Virus record (IMG/VR): IMGVR_UViG_3300037297_000178
Span: 1 to 64,000 of that record
Reading direction: 5' to 3' (one strand)
Origin: a virus
DNA length: 64,000 nt
In this document: positions 17,393 through 24,448 of the stretch, piece by piece
How the letters are laid out: each line of letters opens with the position of its first letter
Position numbering within the stretch: the stretch's first letter is position 1
Program-made: the position numbers and the translations under genes
Notes under the pieces: generated by a model
Database searches by the model: none
Seen by the model: only the letters and a program-made list of their open reading frames with translations
Told to the model about the DNA's origin: nothing

Positions 17393-17635
17393 ATGGGTGA
17401 AAACACGCAAGAAGGACCGAAGGGGTTCGGTGAAACTTACTTTGAAGCTATCAGTGCGCTGCTTGACGAGGTGAAGGCATGGGAATGGCTTGCGGGCGAG
17501 TACGACGAGTCCGACTACCCGGAAGAGTTGACGTTCGTGGTCAAGCCGACCGACGAATATGAGGAGTACGCATTTGTGGCGACGCTCAAAGACCCCGACG
17601 CGCTCCCTTACGAAACGAGGTCTCGCGATGAGTGA
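17393..17635 (+). CDS. small acidic hypothetical protein
   Basis: 80 aa; AAGGAG RBS; C-terminal AFVATLKDPDALPYE resembles LYHATLEKPHELPLK in the next ORF. Confidence 0.5.
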   Translation: MGENTQEGPKGFGETYFEAISALLDEVKAWEWLAGEYDESDYPEELTFVVKPTDEYEEYAFVATLKDPDALPYETRSRDE

Positions 17636-17879
17636 GCACCCTGGGCCGACAGGAATCGGGAAGACGCCCGCACAGGCGGCACGCGCATTGTTCAAGCTGG
17701 TGTCGAGCGTCGAAGGCGAGTACGAGACACCAGCGCCCACGAGGCTGACGGTGAAGCTCGAGTTCTCAGACGGTCTGTATCACGCGACCCTCGAAAAACC
17801 GCATGAGCTTCCGCTCAAATACTATCAGATTCGGATGATTGACGCGCGACCGCGCGAGGAGGCCGAAAATGTCATTTGA
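17628..17879 (+). CDS. hypothetical protein
   Basis: ATG at 17628 (MSEHPGPTG). Confidence 0.45.
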   Translation: MSEHPGPTGIGKTPAQAARALFKLVSSVEGEYETPAPTRLTVKLEFSDGLYHATLEKPHELPLKYYQIRMIDARPREEAENVI

Positions 17880-18351
17880 CATGAGTTGTAACGGTTACGA
17901 AGTAAACTGGTTTAGGAACCCGTTCTCGCTCGAGGCGTTCCTGAGAGTGAACTGTGCTCAGGTAGAGGACGAGACGGGCGCGAACATCTACTTACATACG
18001 AGGCCCGTCGCTCGAGGCGAGGTCGACTTTGACCGGGGCGGTTTCCTGTCTCTGTGCGAGAAGTACGCTGAGGCAGTCGAAGCGCTCGAAGAGGCGTACA
18101 TCAGGATTGACCTGCCCGCCTACCTCGACTACATGGACGGGAAGCGATTCCCGCGCCAGAAGGGATTCCGCGAGCGCATCAAGGGTGCGAAGTTTGACGA
18201 GCGGGGTGCGATGCTCGTCCCGGTCGAACTGTTCGCGCCCCACTATAGCGAGGTCTCGCTTAAGATGTACAAGGAGTGGATGCTCGAGCTTCTCGAGCTT
18301 GCACAATACGTAGCCGATAACCCGGACGAACCGGTGCGTATCAGCGTATGA
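17869..18351 (+). CDS. hypothetical protein
   Basis: ATG at 17869 (MSFDMSCNGYE). Confidence 0.5.
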   Translation: MSFDMSCNGYEVNWFRNPFSLEAFLRVNCAQVEDETGANIYLHTRPVARGEVDFDRGGFLSLCEKYAEAVEALEEAYIRIDLPAYLDYMDGKRFPRQKGFRERIKGAKFDERGAMLVPVELFAPHYSEVSLKMYKEWMLELLELAQYVADNPDEPVRISV

Positions 18352-18809
18352 GCGAGACGATAGTTCTGGCGGTCTTTGAGGGGGAAGGCGACCCATACGA
18401 CATCGTCACGGAGGTGAGGGACGCTATACAGTGCGTCACTCACAACGAGTGGGCCGAATACAGAGGCCCACTCGTGAAGGGGGTAACACGACGCCCGCCG
18501 GTCGGGCAGGTGCTTGACCGGCTCGAGGCCGACTTCAAGCTCCCTGAAGGCTGGCCTCGAGCGTTCGCATACGACACCGACGAGGTCACACATCAGCTTG
18601 CAGTCGCCTTGATGTGCCAGCTTGACGTACTGTTTGAGCACCTTCTCGCACGTGACCTGAATACGGAACCGGTAAAGCGCGAGGTTGCAGTTTTGTGGCA
18701 CACACACAATCTCGATAACTACATCGAGGTGCTTGTAACAAAACTGGTAGAAAATGATGCCTCCAGGCGCGAAATATTGCTTGACAAATACCTCCTCGGC
18801 GTGGTATAA
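18348..18809 (+). CDS. hypothetical protein
   Basis: 153 aa; ATGA overlap. Confidence 0.5.
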   Translation: MSETIVLAVFEGEGDPYDIVTEVRDAIQCVTHNEWAEYRGPLVKGVTRRPPVGQVLDRLEADFKLPEGWPRAFAYDTDEVTHQLAVALMCQLDVLFEHLLARDLNTEPVKREVAVLWHTHNLDNYIEVLVTKLVENDASRREILLDKYLLGVV

Positions 18810-18810
18810 T
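18781..18810 (+). promoter_or_regulatory. sigma70-type promoter (TTGACA-18-TGgTATAAT)
   Basis: Hexamers at 18781..18786 and 18805..18810; the -10 contains the TAA stop of ORF 18348..18809. Confidence 0.6.
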
Positions 18811-18837
18811 TCAATCATCAGAGTTAAGGAAAAACAG

Positions 18838-18855
18838 CTAACGAGTAAAGGAGAC
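18838..18855 (+). promoter_or_regulatory. conserved 5' UTR element CTAACGAGTAAAGGAGAC, copy 1
   Basis: Identical 18-mer, including the RBS, also at 22919..22936; each ends 4 nt before an ATG. Confidence 0.5.
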
Positions 18856-18859
18856 GGAA

Positions 18860-19159
18860 ATGCAACTGACGATTGAGAGTGGCGAGAACAGGTTTATGAG
18901 TGGGGCGTCGGAACAACTACGTGAGCGCATAGCAGAGGCGCTGCGGGAAGGCGAAGACATAATCGTTGAGTTCAACAGCCTGGGCCATTTCGCTCACGGT
19001 TTTATGGACGAGGTGTTCGGGAAGCTCTTGAGGGAGTTCGAGGTCGAGACGCTCCGAACCATCAAGTTCGAGTTTAACGGTCGGACAGACCTGAAAGCCC
19101 TAATTAAAATGGCTATCAATCACCGAAAACGAGCGATGGCCGAAGGTAAAATAACATAA
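18860..19159 (+). CDS. STAS-like (DUF4325-like) protein
   Basis: 99 aa; SGASEQLRERIAEALREGEDIIVEFNSLGHFAHGFMDEVFGKLL fits the DUF4325 pattern. Confidence 0.45.
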   Translation: MQLTIESGENRFMSGASEQLRERIAEALREGEDIIVEFNSLGHFAHGFMDEVFGKLLREFEVETLRTIKFEFNGRTDLKALIKMAINHRKRAMAEGKIT

Positions 19160-19183
19160 CGGGCGGAAGCCCGAATTTTTTTT
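19160..19183 (+). terminator. intrinsic terminator
   Basis: CGGGC-GGAA-GCCCG hairpin followed by AATTTTTTTT directly after the stop of ORF 18860. Confidence 0.6.
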
Positions 19184-19191
19184 AGCGCTAA
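19182..19191. repeat. TTAGCGCTAA palindrome, copy 4 of 10
   Basis: Intergenic; fuses the terminator T-run to the AAGGAGG RBS of ORF 19203. Confidence 0.95.
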
Positions 19192-19202
19192 GGAGGCGTG
19201 AT

Positions 19203-19334
19203 ATGACAAACTTCACAGAGGCGATACTCACCCTGGCGATAGTAGGGGCAGTTTCGTTTGTCGCTTTGTTAATGGCCCTCACGAGGCCCGAGTTTGTTGA
19301 CGGTGTCGTTCGAATAATCGAGGCATGGCGATGA
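19203..19334 (+). CDS. small membrane protein (43 aa)
   Basis: Not in the ORF track. AAGGAGG 6 nt upstream; MTNFTEAILTLAIVGAVSFVALLMAL...; its TGA overlaps the ATG at 19331. Confidence 0.45.
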   Translation: MTNFTEAILTLAIVGAVSFVALLMALTRPEFVDGVVRIIEAWR

Positions 19335-20191
19335 TTGTAAACTACACGTTGTTAAGGGTAAGGGTCAGCTTCCCGTTCGAGGTGACGGGTGCGTGTGACC
19401 TTGCAGAGACCGTCGAGTCATCCTTCAATGGCTCGGGCGGTTTTACGCCCTATTTTAACGCGACGGTCGTGAACATGTGGACGGTTGAGGCGACCCCCGT
19501 CCCGCTTGCAGAAGGCGAGTACACGGCTGTGCTGTTCCGGGCACAGCGACCCTCACACGAGGGGAAACGGAACAAACTGTATTTCGTCGCCTTACTCTCG
19601 AGTGACGTGGAATGGAACCGCTACAAACCCGACGCGCCCGCGTTCGTGTACACGTCGGAGGCGCTAAAGGCGGCTTCGGAAATTGACGAATGGTGGTTCG
19701 AGAAGGACGGCCTTTTCTACCTCAGGCTCGCACAGCTTGACGGGCTGACTGCGCTGTTGAGCGACGCACTCGAGAAGCTCGGCGATTGGAAGCCGGTAAA
19801 CCTGCGTGACCGCGACTTTTTCTTTATCCCGCACACCTCGTTCAAGAAGGACGGCCTTGTCGTGTATCAGCGGGACGGTTCTTTGTTCACGACGATGAGG
19901 GGGTTCGTCCGATGGGTGTATGAGGGAGCGTACACCGGCCCGAACGGGCGTTACGAAATCGCCCTTCAAGCACTCTCCGAATACCACCATGTGATGGACA
20001 CTCCCTGGGGCAACTACTACGCCGACGAGCGAGTATACATCACGAATGGGCAAGAGGTCGGCGAAGGGGAAGGCGTCGAGGTGACGCGCTCCGTGTGGAA
20101 AGCACATCGAGCATTTGCAGACGAAATGCTCGACCCACTCGAGGGGACCGTCACGCTCGATGAAATAGGGGAATGGATATGCTCACGATAA
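19331..20191 (+). CDS. hypothetical protein, paralog family D member 1
   Basis: About 286 aa; similar along its length to ORF 20426..21283 (VVN.W...A.P.P.A.G.Y.AVL.R; W.AH..FA.EM..P; I.EWI). Confidence 0.55.
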   Translation: MIVNYTLLRVRVSFPFEVTGACDLAETVESSFNGSGGFTPYFNATVVNMWTVEATPVPLAEGEYTAVLFRAQRPSHEGKRNKLYFVALLSSDVEWNRYKPDAPAFVYTSEALKAASEIDEWWFEKDGLFYLRLAQLDGLTALLSDALEKLGDWKPVNLRDRDFFFIPHTSFKKDGLVVYQRDGSLFTTMRGFVRWVYEGAYTGPNGRYEIALQALSEYHHVMDTPWGNYYADERVYITNGQEVGEGEGVEVTRSVWKAHRAFADEMLDPLEGTVTLDEIGEWICSR

Positions 20192-20418
20192 CTATTCCTG
20201 AGGGCGCAGAAATGACGCTCCGGCAGGAACCCGGTCTGTACATCGACGCGACGGTAAGGTCGGTCAGTGGAAAAGAGGGTGTGTATAGCTTTGACATATG
20301 TGAACCGCGCCCGATAGTGATAAAGGCGGAAGGAATCCCGGTCCCAGGCTGGAGCCTGGGGACTGTTACGACACACGAGAACATAATTCGCGGTCTCGAG
20401 TATGCCGCAGAACAGTGA
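20173..20418 (+). CDS. hypothetical protein
   Basis: 81-aa ORF between the two family D genes. Confidence 0.45.
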   Translation: MDMLTITIPEGAEMTLRQEPGLYIDATVRSVSGKEGVYSFDICEPRPIVIKAEGIPVPGWSLGTVTTHENIIRGLEYAAEQ

Positions 20419-20425
20419 GGAGACG

Positions 20426-21283
20426 ATGAAAGCATCTATATTGAAAGACACCATAGCGACGGCACGAGTTGACATACCATTTCGAGTTGCAGCGAACTCG
20501 AAACTAAGTGAGAAGGCCGGTTTCCATGCCCTGTCGCGCCCTGAAGTGGTGAATGTGTGGCACATAAAAACTGCACCGGCCCCCTGGGCAGCAGGCGACT
20601 ACATGGCGGTACTGTGGCGCGTGTCGTACAGGAACGACACCGGCTTCTTTTTCTCGCTTATGTCCGAAGAGGCCGGTTGGGAAAGTTACAACACCCACAA
20701 AACTGCGTGGCTTCACCGGCTCGAGGGGATTGACGCGCGAGACGTTCGCGCTAACGAGAACTGGACACAGACCGACCGACACGGTTTCCCGGTCGTTCGT
20801 GAGTATGCACTCACAGGCTTAACACGAGTGCTTACAGACACGCTTGAGGATGGGAGATGGTATCCGGTGCGGCTCGACAGTACGTATGTCAAGCACTTTC
20901 GGATTCCGTTCACCACGTGGCGTGAGGGTCTTACCGTCAGGTACGACGACGACGGGAACATGTTCACGAACGTGATGCTCAATTACCGGACGTACAGAGG
21001 CGACTTCACAGACCTGCCGCATGGCCCGCACCTTCTCGCCTTGAACGTGCTCGAGGAAATTCATTACCGCCGCCGCGACACGGCCTGGGGTGTCATGAAC
21101 TTTGACGAGGTGGTACATGTAGACGATGGTGACATTGTCGAAGGCGAACACGGCGAAGAGGTATCTCGCAACGCCTGGGAAGCACACCTCTCCTTCGCCA
21201 ACGAAATGATTGAGCCGAACGCAGAACTTACCATCAGCGTGTCGGATATAGTCGAATGGATAAACGAGAGGGAGGAAAAATGA
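20426..21283 (+). CDS. hypothetical protein, paralog family D member 2
   Basis: ATG at 20426 after GAGGAG; paralog of ORF 19331..20191. Confidence 0.55.
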   Translation: MKASILKDTIATARVDIPFRVAANSKLSEKAGFHALSRPEVVNVWHIKTAPAPWAAGDYMAVLWRVSYRNDTGFFFSLMSEEAGWESYNTHKTAWLHRLEGIDARDVRANENWTQTDRHGFPVVREYALTGLTRVLTDTLEDGRWYPVRLDSTYVKHFRIPFTTWREGLTVRYDDDGNMFTNVMLNYRTYRGDFTDLPHGPHLLALNVLEEIHYRRRDTAWGVMNFDEVVHVDDGDIVEGEHGEEVSRNAWEAHLSFANEMIEPNAELTISVSDIVEWINEREEK

Positions 21284-21699
21284 AATACCTATGGAGTGAC
21301 GATTCCCTTAGAATGATTGTCGACATACGGGACATAAAGTCTGTCGCAACGGTGAAGGACGGCCTGACATACTATCTTCAGGTACTTCACACCGAAGGCG
21401 GTGTCAGTTCGTTCGGTCCTGCTGAGTTCAAAGTCGTTGAAAGCGCATACAAGGCGCTCCGAGGTCGGCTCGATGCGTTCGAGGAAAAGAGGTTCTTTTT
21501 CGGGGGCTGCGGAACCGTCAGGCTCACAGACATCAAAACTGTGAGCTACGGCGTTGAACGCCCCGACCCTCTCTGCGGCGGCGAAAAACAGTACATCCTC
21601 GTGGTCACAACGTTTGACGGGCAAAAGCTCAGGGTAACGTCAACCGACGACAAAGAGCACTGCGAGAGGGTGTTTAAGAAACTCAACGAACTGTTATGA
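21280..21699 (+). CDS. hypothetical protein
   Basis: ATGA overlap; GAGGGAGG RBS; 139 aa. Confidence 0.5.
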   Translation: MKYLWSDDSLRMIVDIRDIKSVATVKDGLTYYLQVLHTEGGVSSFGPAEFKVVESAYKALRGRLDAFEEKRFFFGGCGTVRLTDIKTVSYGVERPDPLCGGEKQYILVVTTFDGQKLRVTSTDDKEHCERVFKKLNELL

Positions 21700-21707
21700 A
21701 AAATTTC

Positions 21708-21736
21708 TTGACAAACCGGGGGCGTCATGGTATACT
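21708..21736 (+). promoter_or_regulatory. sigma70-type promoter (TTGACA-17-TGgTATACT)
   Basis: Hexamers at 21708..21713 and 21731..21736; followed by AAGGAG and the ATG at 21759. Confidence 0.6.
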
Positions 21737-21758
21737 TTTGTCAAGGAGATTGAAAGTA

Positions 21759-22604
21759 ATGATACACCGTGACAGTGAACGAGCGATGCGAAAAGCGATA
21801 GCGAGAGGGGCACATATGAGCATTGCACCCGAGCGCATACGGGACGAAATCATCAAGATGATGGAGACCCCGTCCGCTTCCCGGGCCATGAGCATATGGG
21901 CCGAGTTCGGCATATTCGCCGACATAGCGCCTGAAATCACTGAGTGTATCGGGCACAAGCAGTGTGCCCATCACGGGGAAACCGACATTTTCGACCACAC
22001 CTGTGAGGCGATGGAGGCGATACGAGCGACCGCCTCGACCCCCCGGTCGATAATGAGGATAGCGGCGATGTTCCACGACGCAGGGAAGCCCGCCTGTGCA
22101 GAGCCTCGAGCGGACGGCGAAGGCTTCACCTTTTTCGGGCACGAGGCCGAGTCTGAGAAAATAGCGCGTCGGTTCTGCGAGCGCTTCCGTTTCTCGAAGG
22201 CTGACACCGAAATGATATGTGCGATAGCACGCGAGCACATGGGCATACCTGCCCGGGGCGCAAAGGCGAAAACCATTCGCCGCTTCATTCGCCGGACCCA
22301 CTTCTCGCGCATCGAGACCGGTCGAGCCTCGATATTCGACGAGATTATGGAAATGCACAGGGCCGACCGTATAGCACGCGACCCCGACATCGACGAGCAC
22401 ATCGAGCACATACGCTCGATAAAGGCCGAAATGGAAGCGACCGCGCCCCGTATGCCCATCGACGGGCACGACATAATGGAAGCGACCGGCGCGACTGGCC
22501 CCGACATCGGGCGCATCAAGAGGGCGATGGAAGAGCGTTTCGATGCTGACCCCTCGATGACCCGCGAGGCGATGATTGAGATAATGAGGGCCGAACATGC
22601 GTGA
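21759..22604 (+). CDS. tRNA nucleotidyltransferase (CCA-adding family), C-terminal body plus HD-domain half
   Basis: ERIRDEIIKMM, HKQCAHHGETDIFDHT, AAMFHDAGKP (HD), FFGHE. 281 aa with no L, V, N or Y and one Q. Start chosen downstream of the promoter. Confidence 0.7.
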   Translation: MIHRDSERAMRKAIARGAHMSIAPERIRDEIIKMMETPSASRAMSIWAEFGIFADIAPEITECIGHKQCAHHGETDIFDHTCEAMEAIRATASTPRSIMRIAAMFHDAGKPACAEPRADGEGFTFFGHEAESEKIARRFCERFRFSKADTEMICAIAREHMGIPARGAKAKTIRRFIRRTHFSRIETGRASIFDEIMEMHRADRIARDPDIDEHIEHIRSIKAEMEATAPRMPIDGHDIMEATGATGPDIGRIKRAMEERFDADPSMTREAMIEIMRAEHA

Positions 22605-22869
22605 GGCATACAACAAGTGGCTTCGTGACACAGGACGAGAGAACTGTGTCACGAGCTTCTTTGACTGGTACATCGAGCACAATCAGACACGCCCGACGTT
22701 TCACCGTCCGTATTCGACGGCTACCCTCGTAAGGGCGAAAAGGCTTCGCGCTCAGGGAACCGTCGAAGTCGAGCACGCCTGGGGGGACACTCGATGGTCT
22801 GATGCAGCCGTCGTGGGGTTTGTTGAGGGGATTTACGAATATCTCGAAACTGAGAGAAAAAACCCTTGA
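22597..22869 (+). CDS. hypothetical protein
   Basis: 90 aa; overlaps the upstream stop. Confidence 0.5.
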   Translation: MREAYNKWLRDTGRENCVTSFFDWYIEHNQTRPTFHRPYSTATLVRAKRLRAQGTVEVEHAWGDTRWSDAAVVGFVEGIYEYLETERKNP

Positions 22870-22894
22870 CAAGTCAGGCGAGCAGGTGTATAAT
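22866..22894 (+). promoter_or_regulatory. consensus sigma70 promoter (TTGACA-17-TATAAT)
   Basis: Hexamers at 22866..22871 and 22889..22894; the -35 contains the TGA stop of ORF 22597. Confidence 0.65.
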
Positions 22895-22918
22895 TTAAGC
22901 ATCGGAAATGGAAATCGA

Positions 22919-22936
22919 CTAACGAGTAAAGGAGAC
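22919..22936 (+). promoter_or_regulatory. conserved 5' UTR element CTAACGAGTAAAGGAGAC, copy 2
   Basis: Identical to 18838..18855. Confidence 0.5.
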
Positions 22937-22940
22937 AGAA

Positions 22941-23324
22941 ATGACGGTTTTAGACAGTGTGAAGGGAAGAGAGGAAAAAGCTCTCGAAGCGGCGAAGGCG
23001 GCGAAGGGCGTGATAGAAGGCGAGCAGTGGGTTTACACAGTGCCCGGTTCGAAGGGTGATTACAAAGTGGCCCTCAAGCAGTTCGGGAATCTCGCGGTCG
23101 TGAGCTGCGCCGACGCCGACACCGGCGAGCAGTGCCCGGGGAACGGCCCGAACACGAGGCGGCTCGAAACCATATGCTACCACGCCTTAGCGGCTGTGGC
23201 GAAGCATTTCGGCCTCGTTGAGTTTATCACCGAAGAAGAGGCCGAAGGAAACCCCTACACGGTCGAGATACTCAACGCCGACAACGGGGCGCAGGTGTGG
23301 GGCCGAGCAGGGGTGTTCAACTAA
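22941..23324 (+). CDS. hypothetical protein, possible SWIM-like zinc finger
   Basis: 127 aa; VSCADADTGEQCPGN...ICYHALAAV. Confidence 0.4.
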   Translation: MTVLDSVKGREEKALEAAKAAKGVIEGEQWVYTVPGSKGDYKVALKQFGNLAVVSCADADTGEQCPGNGPNTRRLETICYHALAAVAKHFGLVEFITEEEAEGNPYTVEILNADNGAQVWGRAGVFN

Positions 23325-23843
23325 ATGGGTTTTCAACACCTTACGGCGGAACGAAGGCGCGAGATAGCGGCGAAGGGGGGCCGCGCTCGCGCCTCTTTGC
23401 CCGACTTCCACGAGCACCAGGTACGAGCCGGGAAAGCTCGCGCAGCCGACCGCACCGAAATGAGTCGTATCGGTCGGCTCGGCTATCAGGCTACGATGAG
23501 CCGTTACGGGCGCGAGTACGTACTCGAACGCATGGCCTCGTGGCGGCGGCGAAACCCCTCTTGTCACGAGCAGGCGGTTGCGAAGGCGCTCGACAAAGAG
23601 GGGGTCGAGTACGAGCGCGAGGTGGTGCTCGACAGGTACGTGGTCGACTTTGTCGTCGGGAACACCATCATCGAGGTGAACGGAGAGGTACACGACGACC
23701 CGGTCGTTTTCGGGAAGTCGCCTGAGTACGAGGCGAAGCGACTCCTCGACCTCGAAAGTATGGGATACAGGGTACTTGTGATTCACTGGTCGGACATAGT
23801 AAACTTCGGATACAGGGAGGCGCTCTGTGGACCAGTGGATTGA
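23325..23843 (+). CDS. KGG-repeat motif fused to a DUF559/Vsr-like endonuclease domain
   Basis: N-terminus GFQHLTAERRREIAAKGGRA. C-terminus VEYEREVVLDRYVVDFVVGNTIIEVNGEVH ... GYRVLVIHWSDI fits the DUF559 endonuclease fold. Confidence 0.55.
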   Translation: MGFQHLTAERRREIAAKGGRARASLPDFHEHQVRAGKARAADRTEMSRIGRLGYQATMSRYGREYVLERMASWRRRNPSCHEQAVAKALDKEGVEYEREVVLDRYVVDFVVGNTIIEVNGEVHDDPVVFGKSPEYEAKRLLDLESMGYRVLVIHWSDIVNFGYREALCGPVD

Positions 23844-24096
23844 CGATTTACTTGACACGTACTATGTGAAACACGAGAAATGGACGTCGCTTGAGGAACT
23901 CGCTGAATACGCCCGCGAGCAGTTTTACGGAAACGGCGTCATAAAGGCGAGCGAATGGGAAGACTACCCCGACTTGCTCAAGCGTATGAGGCAAGAGGGC
24001 ATCGGTCCCTTGTCATACAAGATAGAATGTGCCATTATGGCACGAGGAGAGGTGAAAATTGGACGACGAAAGATACGAAGTAACGGTAAAGGCTAA
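23827..24096 (+). CDS. hypothetical protein
   Basis: 89 aa; GTG start. Confidence 0.4.
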   Translation: MDQWIDDLLDTYYVKHEKWTSLEELAEYAREQFYGNGVIKASEWEDYPDLLKRMRQEGIGPLSYKIECAIMARGEVKIGRRKIRSNGKG

Positions 24097-24448
24097 GGCC
24101 GAGACGTTCCTGCCCATACCCGGTTTCCCGGGATATGAGGTCGGTTCGCACGGAACCGTATGGTCGAAGAAACGAAACCGGCCCATCGGAGACGGCGCGA
24201 GAGTGACACTTCACGGAACGAATGGGAACGAGACGGTGAACATACGCTCGCTCGTGAGAGACGTTCACGGGATTGAGCTTCCCGCCCCGAAGGGGAAGAC
24301 CGGTCCGAATCTAACAGACGAGGACAAGGCCCGAATCCGTGACCTGTACGAGAAGCAGAAGGCGACCGACAAAGTCAACTACGCCCAAATCGGGCGCGAG
24401 GTCGGGCGTCACTACTCGACCATCTATCGGGTGATACACGGTCGATGA
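24059..24448 (+). CDS. NUMOD4-motif DNA-binding protein (homing-endonuclease-related, no nuclease domain seen)
   Basis: IPGFPGYEVGSHGTVWS (NUMOD4); C-terminal HTH-like YAQIGREVGRHYSTIYRVIHG; TTG start. Confidence 0.5.
   Translation: MDDERYEVTVKAKAETFLPIPGFPGYEVGSHGTVWSKKRNRPIGDGARVTLHGTNGNETVNIRSLVRDVHGIELPAPKGKTGPNLTDEDKARIRDLYEKQKATDKVNYAQIGREVGRHYSTIYRVIHGR

Noticed and set aside
17230-21758. The idea that the DNA between the two CCA-enzyme halves is a group I/II intron or encodes an intein
   Set aside because: The N-terminal half ends in a stop codon. The C-terminal half has its own promoter, RBS and ATG. The interval contains 11 ORFs, a promoter and a terminator. No intron-like structure, reverse transcriptase, LAGLIDADG or intein splice motifs were seen.
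21741-22682. Two long antisense ORFs (313 aa and 212 aa) that cover the C-terminal CCA-enzyme gene
   Set aside because: They follow from the sense-strand alphabet. Without Leu codons TTA and CTA, the opposite frames lose most of their stops. The translations are Arg/Gly/His-rich with no motifs and no RBS.
23852-23880. Additional TTGACA hexamers inside genes, for example at 23852, 36595 and 25105
   Set aside because: None has an acceptable -10 hexamer at 16-18 bp spacing. They were treated as chance -35-like matches.
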